DNA from: an uncultured Verrucomicrobiae bacterium
Lineage (GTDB): Bacteria > Verrucomicrobiota > Verrucomicrobiia > Chthoniobacterales > JAFAMB01
Assembly: GCA_963813025.1 (NCBI GenBank)
Contig: CAWEXO010000013.1
Span: forward strand, 256,001-320,000
Direction: 5' to 3'
DNA: 64,000 nt
The position numbers and the translations under genes were made by a program. Positions 58,796 to 64,000 of this stretch are shown piece after piece; position 1 is the stretch's first letter, and each line of letters opens with the position of its first letter. The notes under the pieces were generated by a model. It was not told where the DNA came from. It ran no database searches and saw only the letters and a list, made by a program, of their open reading frames with translations.

Positions 58796-59845
58796 ATGAA
58801 AATCCTCCAATTCAATGGTCCTTGGCAATTCTCAATCGAGGAGGTCCTGGAGCCTTTGTTCGGTCCCGAAGAGGTGCTCATTCACTCCGATGCAGTTGGA
58901 ATCTGCGGCAGCGATGTCCATGGCTTCACGGGGGAAAGCGGCCGGCGGAAGCCGGGCATGGTCATGGGGCATGAGGCGGCCGGCACTGTGGTCAAAGCGG
59001 GTGCCAGGGTTGTGTCGCTTCGCCGCGGAGACCGCGTCGCCGTCTTTCCTACTCTGGGATGCGGAGTTTGCCGTCACTGCTTGGCTGGGATGGAGCATAT
59101 CTGTCCCGACAAACGAATTCTCGGAGTCAATGCCGGGCGCTGGGGCGCAATGGCCGAGTTTTTCACCTGTCACCAGCGACAAGCCTTTCGACTCGATCCG
59201 CAAGTGGATCCTGCGATCGGCCTCTTTGCCGAGCCGCTCGCAGTCGCTCTTCACGCTATTAACCTGATGAAGCCGGCCGAGGGCGCAATCCTGGCGATTG
59301 TTGGAGCAGGGACGATCGGCCTGGCCTTGGCGGTCGTACTACTGGATCTCGGCTTCGAATCGATCTTCGTTATCGAGGAAGTCGAAGAAAAGTTGCAACT
59401 GGCCCGGAGTTTTGGCGCGAAGGCTGTCGATGCCCATCATGGTCATCCGTCTGGGGTGATTGCCGAACAGACCGGCGGTCGGAAGGCTATCGGTGTTTTC
59501 GAAGCGGTAGGAGCGGCAGCCACAGTGCGGACGGCGTACGATCTTTGCGACTTCGGCGGCACGATGGTGCTCATCGGGAATCTGGCCAAAGAGTTCTCGC
59601 TTCCCCTACAAGGGATGACCTCGAACGAAATAACCCTTCGCGGGTCGTATGGATTCAACCGGGCTGAGTTTGAACAGGGGGTTCATCTCGCCTCAAAGAA
59701 GGAGACGTTGCTGCGTCGTTTCATCAGCGGGTCGTGCTCGCTCGAGGAAACGCCGGGCGTCATGGAGCGCCTTGCTCGAGGGGAACTCAACGCCGTAAAA
59801 ATGGTAATTCGTTGGGCCGACCATGGAAAACCATTCCCAAGATAG
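58796..59845 (+). CDS. Zn-binding (MDR) sugar/polyol dehydrogenase
   Basis: GICGSD, GHE, CGVCRHC...C, GAGTIG. Confidence 0.92.
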   Translation: MKILQFNGPWQFSIEEVLEPLFGPEEVLIHSDAVGICGSDVHGFTGESGRRKPGMVMGHEAAGTVVKAGARVVSLRRGDRVAVFPTLGCGVCRHCLAGMEHICPDKRILGVNAGRWGAMAEFFTCHQRQAFRLDPQVDPAIGLFAEPLAVALHAINLMKPAEGAILAIVGAGTIGLALAVVLLDLGFESIFVIEEVEEKLQLARSFGAKAVDAHHGHPSGVIAEQTGGRKAIGVFEAVGAAATVRTAYDLCDFGGTMVLIGNLAKEFSLPLQGMTSNEITLRGSYGFNRAEFEQGVHLASKKETLLRRFISGSCSLEETPGVMERLARGELNAVKMVIRWADHGKPFPR

Positions 59846-60063
59846 CTATTGGCCGTATCCGAAGTTTGCTAAGAAGCAGGATGTGTGAGGTGCGATCGTT
59901 TCGCAATTCGATTCGCCCTGTTATCGACTATGATCGGTCAAATGCAATTCTCGCCGGGGAAGATCGCCCGCAATTGCGGACCGACTCAAGTCACAAGATA
60001 GATGCATCCCAGCGACAGCTATCTCAGCTCTAATGGAGAGATTTGATCGCGAATTGAGGATGC

Positions 60064-61044
60064 TCATGCATTCCTCCTGCGCCGGGTATAGGCAAGGACG
60101 ATGATGAAAACCAGGCTGCCGTACACAATCTGGCGGACGGACTCTGTGGTCCTCAGCGCGACAAGGATGCTGGACAGTGTAGTCAGTAGGATGCACCCGA
60201 TTGCGGTGGCCACGTAGCTGCCTGAACCGCCTGCCAGAGAGATTCCCCCGATTGCCACAGCCGCAATGGAAGTCATGACGTAGGGGGCTCCGAGGTTGAG
60301 GTATGGGGTGCCGGTGTACCCAAGCACAAAGAATCCGGCGAGTCCTGAAATCCCTCCGGAGATCCCGTAAACGAACATGCGGAAGCGCCTCACGTCGATA
60401 CCAGAAAGCTCTGCGGTAATGCTGTTGGCCCCGACCCCGAAGAGAACTGCGCCCCAGCGCTTTCGCAACAGGATAATCGAGGCGGTAATGATGATCGCAA
60501 CCCAGAGGAGAAGGATGTTCGGCATGTTCAGGCTCCGACCACTGCCTAGCGCTTCCAGGAGTGCAGGCGCAGAGCCTTTGGGATAGCCGCCGGTGTAGAT
60601 CAGGGAGAGACCCTCCACCACGCTTGCCATGGCGAGGGTCATGATCAGCGGGGGGATGCCGACGTACGAGATCCCGACGCCGTTGACCATCCCGATGGTG
60701 AATCCTGCCGCGATGGCTCCCAGAAGCGCGATGGGGATGTTAGCGTCTCTGCCAAGAAGGAGCGAGGAGGAGACGCAGACACTCAAGGAGACAATGGAGC
60801 CGACTGATAGATCGATCCCTTCGCCGCCGGCTATGACTACGATGGCTTGGCCGAGGGCGACGATCCCGAGGAAAACGGAGAGGCGCAGAACGCTCATGAG
60901 GTGGCCGAAGCTGAGGAATCCGGGCGAGATGATCTCCCCAAAGATGAAGAGCGTGATGATTGCGGCAACGGCGAGGGCACTCTGATTGGCGCCGAGGGAC
61001 TTGAGCGTGGCGGACAACGAGCGCGGCTGGACGTGGTTGCTCAT
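60064..61044 (-). CDS. Sugar ABC transporter permease
   Basis: GIDLSVG, IAAVAIGGISLAGG. Confidence 0.92.
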   Translation of the reverse strand: MSNHVQPRSLSATLKSLGANQSALAVAAIITLFIFGEIISPGFLSFGHLMSVLRLSVFLGIVALGQAIVVIAGGEGIDLSVGSIVSLSVCVSSSLLLGRDANIPIALLGAIAAGFTIGMVNGVGISYVGIPPLIMTLAMASVVEGLSLIYTGGYPKGSAPALLEALGSGRSLNMPNILLLWVAIIITASIILLRKRWGAVLFGVGANSITAELSGIDVRRFRMFVYGISGGISGLAGFFVLGYTGTPYLNLGAPYVMTSIAAVAIGGISLAGGSGSYVATAIGCILLTTLSSILVALRTTESVRQIVYGSLVFIIVLAYTRRRRNA

Positions 61045-61054
61045 GATACGACGT

Positions 61055-62020
61055 CTAATGGTGCGAGAGCTCGCGCCTCAGGCGCGGCACGGCGCCGAAC
61101 AAGAGCGCGACGATGATGATTACCCCTTTCATAAACTCCTGATAGAAGGAAGTGATGTTGGCGAAGTAGATGATGTTGATGAGAAGCCCCAGGATGATCC
61201 CGCCGACGATCGCCCCTACGTAGTTCCCCCGGCCTCCCGAGAAGGCGATACCGCCAATGACCGCGGCGGCTACGGAGTTCAGGGTGAATCCCTGGCCGCT
61301 GCGCGCGTCGCCGGTCGCGGTCTGGCCCACTACGCAGAGAGCGGCCAGGGCGACGAAGACCCCACTCACAAGAAAGGCAAACATTTTCGTGCCTGTGACG
61401 TTAATGCCCGAGGCGCGGGCCGCTCGCTCGTTGCCTCCCACTGCGTAGAGATGCCGGAAAGCTTTTGTGCGTCCCAGGAAAAGGCAAAACGCGACGGCCA
61501 CGAGCAGGACAATAACGGGCACAGGAAGGAACCCCGCTACAGTCTTGGAGTAGATCGTATAGTACGCCACGGGGATGTAGCCGCTGGGTGTTGGCATGAT
61601 GAGTAGCGCAATTCCAAACCACATAGTGGAGGTGGCGAATGTCGTGATAAGAGGGGGAGGCCCGAAGTACCCGATGAAGAATCCGTTGAACAGGGAGAGC
61701 AAGAGCGCGAGACCAACCCCGACCAGGATGACAACAATGATTGAGAGGATGGAGTCTTTCATCAGGGAGGCCATCACCACCGTCACGAGGGAAATACCCG
61801 CACCCAGGGAAAGGTCTACGGCGCCCACCAGGATCACCGTTGCCTGCGCAAGGCTCACCAGGATGAGCGGCGTGAAGGTCATGAAGTTCATCCGGAAGAC
61901 CTGGAATGAAAAGAACCCCGGTTGGATGATCGCGTTCACGACGACCAGGAGGAGCAGCATCAAGAAACTGGGAAACGAGGAATCTTGAACGATCTCGCGA
62001 AAGGCTCGTTGGATTTTCAT
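61055..62020 (-). CDS. Sugar ABC transporter permease
   Basis: AVDLSLG, AVGGNERAARASG, VAAAVIGG. Confidence 0.92.
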   Translation of the reverse strand: MKIQRAFREIVQDSSFPSFLMLLLLVVVNAIIQPGFFSFQVFRMNFMTFTPLILVSLAQATVILVGAVDLSLGAGISLVTVVMASLMKDSILSIIVVILVGVGLALLLSLFNGFFIGYFGPPPLITTFATSTMWFGIALLIMPTPSGYIPVAYYTIYSKTVAGFLPVPVIVLLVAVAFCLFLGRTKAFRHLYAVGGNERAARASGINVTGTKMFAFLVSGVFVALAALCVVGQTATGDARSGQGFTLNSVAAAVIGGIAFSGGRGNYVGAIVGGIILGLLINIIYFANITSFYQEFMKGVIIIVALLFGAVPRLRRELSHH

Positions 62021-62022
62021 GA

Positions 62023-63582
62023 TCACCCATCCTCCGAGTCGGCGGCCGCTGACTTTTCAGCCGAATGCTCGATGTTCAGGGACGACACAACGAGCTTTTC
62101 CTCGCTGATGTCGGCCGCGCCGATCTCCTTCACGATCCGTCCCTCGAACACGATGAGGACACGGTCGCAGTTGTTAATGAGCTCCTCGTTGTCGCTCGCG
62201 TAGAGGACGAATGACGTACCTTTCTCCGCGAGCTGTGAGACGATCGCATACAGATTCTGCCGGGTACCCACATCGACGCCCTTTGTCGGATCGTTCAAGA
62301 GGAGGACACGCGGGCTCATCGCCAGCCATTTTCCGACGACGATTTTCTGCTGGTTGCCGCCGGAGAGCTGCGACACAATGAGACGCGGATTGGGCGGCAC
62401 GAGGGAGACCGTGTTGATGGTGTCCTGCGCGAGCTTCCGATAACGGGCCATCGGGAGGAGGAAGGACCCTCGATGCATGGAGATCTTGGGATATATGATG
62501 TTCGAGAGCACGGTGTGCTCGACGAAAAGACCCTCCTTGTGCCGATCCCCTGGGATCAGGGCGATGCCATGACTGATGGCATGCCGCGTGTTGCGCAGCG
62601 AAAGTGGCTTGCCGTCCGTCCGAACCTCCCCTTTAAATCCCTTGAGATAGCCAGCGAGGATCATCAGGATCTCCTCCTGTCCCTGTCCCTGGAGGCCTCC
62701 TAGCCCGAGAACCTCGCCTCGGCGCAGAGTGAAGCTTATGTCGTGAAGCCTTCCGGCCAACGAAACGCCGCGCATTTCGAGGGCCGCCCCGCGAGCTGCT
62801 TGACTTGCTATCTCTTCCTCACGCGCGCTCGAGCGCTTTCTGACTCTTTCCGTGACCTCCTGCCCTGTAATCAGGGGGATAATAAGCTTCTCGTTCCGGG
62901 GCTGGGTTGCAAAATCGAGCTCACCCACCGTTACTCCGTTGCGGAATCCCACCAGCCGGTCGCAGATCTTCGCCACTTCCCAGATACGATGTGAGATGAA
63001 GATGATCGACACGGTGCGGCGCTTCAATTCCTCGACCGCTCGGAAGAGAGCTTCCACTTGGTGAAAATCGAGTGACGACGTCGGCTCGTCGAGAATGAGG
63101 ATCAGGGGATCCTTGGCCAGGGCTTTTCCAATCTCCACAAGCTGCTTCTCGTCCGCGGAAATGTTCTTCACACGCTCGTGCACGGAGATTTTCACCGAGA
63201 TGGTGTCCAACGACTTCTCGGCCCGCGCAATCGCGCTGCGGTTGTCCAGAAGACCGAGTGGCCCAGCCTTTTCGCGACCGAGAACGATGTTCTCCCAGAT
63301 CGTCATTTCAGGCACGAGGCTCAGGTTCTGGTGCACCATCGCCATCTGGTAACGTTCCGCATCGAGGCGGCTGCGGAGGTTCACTGGGTGTTCGTAGAGC
63401 CGCAAGTCCCCCCCGTCGGGCATCAGCAGGCCACTGACAATCCGCGCAAAGGTTGTTTTTCCCGAGCCGTTGGCTCCGACAAGACCACAGACTTCCCCAG
63501 CACGCAGGCTAAAATTGGCGTCGCTCAAAGCCTTAACGCCAGCAAACGCTTTCCGAATGTGTTTGGCTTCAAGCGCCGTCAC
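62023..63582 (-). CDS. Sugar ABC transporter ATP-binding protein (two domains)
   Basis: GANGSGKT, LDEPT, LSGGNQQK, DPTKGVDVG. Confidence 0.93.
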   Translation of the reverse strand: MTALEAKHIRKAFAGVKALSDANFSLRAGEVCGLVGANGSGKTTFARIVSGLLMPDGGDLRLYEHPVNLRSRLDAERYQMAMVHQNLSLVPEMTIWENIVLGREKAGPLGLLDNRSAIARAEKSLDTISVKISVHERVKNISADEKQLVEIGKALAKDPLILILDEPTSSLDFHQVEALFRAVEELKRRTVSIIFISHRIWEVAKICDRLVGFRNGVTVGELDFATQPRNEKLIIPLITGQEVTERVRKRSSAREEEIASQAARGAALEMRGVSLAGRLHDISFTLRRGEVLGLGGLQGQGQEEILMILAGYLKGFKGEVRTDGKPLSLRNTRHAISHGIALIPGDRHKEGLFVEHTVLSNIIYPKISMHRGSFLLPMARYRKLAQDTINTVSLVPPNPRLIVSQLSGGNQQKIVVGKWLAMSPRVLLLNDPTKGVDVGTRQNLYAIVSQLAEKGTSFVLYASDNEELINNCDRVLIVFEGRIVKEIGAADISEEKLVVSSLNIEHSAEKSAAADSEDG

Positions 63583-63649
63583 GTATGCGAGCGCCTTCCT
63601 TTGCTAAGGTGAAGGGGAACCTTTGTGATATGACCCGGTTCCGCTGCTC

Positions 63650-64000
63650 TCACTGAAAGAGCGCGTCGATCTGATCTTCCGAGTACCAGGTATTCACGTA
63701 GTAGGAATCAGCCCAGTCCTTGTACTCGTCGTAGACTTTGTCAATGTTGCTGTTATCGACCTGCAGGGACGGATGAATCCAGATAGTGTTGGCGGTAGAA
63801 GCTGGCTTTCCCGTGTTTGGGTCGATGAGAACATCCGGCTTCAGGTGCTTGCCCTGAAGCAGCCGCATTCCAATCCCGAGCGCCGTGCAAACAGCACCGG
63901 GGGAGTTTTCGATACCGATGGTGCTGAAGCCGGTGGCATCCTTCATCTTCTTCCATTCCTTTATGAAGGCGACCTGGGTCTCGCCGGTGACTGGGGGCAG
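63650..64000 (-). CDS. Sugar ABC substrate-binding protein C-terminus, runs off window edge
   Basis: Open frame to the edge directly upstream of the ATPase; ENSPG...RLLQG...IDALFQ*. Confidence 0.7.
   Translation of the reverse strand: MPPVTGETQVAFIKEWKKMKDATGFSTIGIENSPGAVCTALGIGMRLLQGKHLKPDVLIDPNTGKPASTANTIWIHPSLQVDNSNIDKVYDEYKDWADSYYVNTWYSEDQIDALFQ

Overview
64 kb of bacterial chromosome, probably from a soil Verrucomicrobiota (Spartobacteria/Chthoniobacterales-like); this is an inference from gene style and intergenic repeats. Four zones: (1) ~170-5945, accessory DNA and mobile-element debris at the 3' side of a tRNA-Ala(GGC) gene (broken tyrosine recombinase, ClpB-like AAA scrap, aldo-keto reductase, SnoaL-like protein, amidohydrolase); (2) ~6-41 kb, mostly intact metabolic and housekeeping genes (sulfurtransferase-SufE, Lrp-aminotransferase-nucleotidyltransferase, pfkA, cls, LMF1, TreS-like GH13, Fe-ADH, PAS-PP2C, LLM, methyltransferases) with an eroded lysine-catabolism cluster, a dead IS630, and several families of small palindromic/MITE-like elements and short tandem repeats; (3) ~41.7-54.1 kb, a decaying general-stress island (ferritin-like, Dps, two DUF488, DoxX-like, transketolase, MsrP-like, FNR-like, enolase superfamily, PoxB, glucoamylase) with a thrice-repeated 18-bp palindromic site; (4) ~54.3-64 kb, two convergent sugar ABC transporter operons with dehydrogenases. 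No CRISPR array, rRNA, phage structural genes or recognisable defence system was found. The best candidates for something new are a multi-hairpin ~190-nt element upstream of a DUF4332 gene, CTAG-bounded MITEs and GTAG-type REPIN-like hairpins that rewrite gene ends, the palindromic operator-like site, and a DD-carboxypeptidase homologue lacking its catalytic SxxK.
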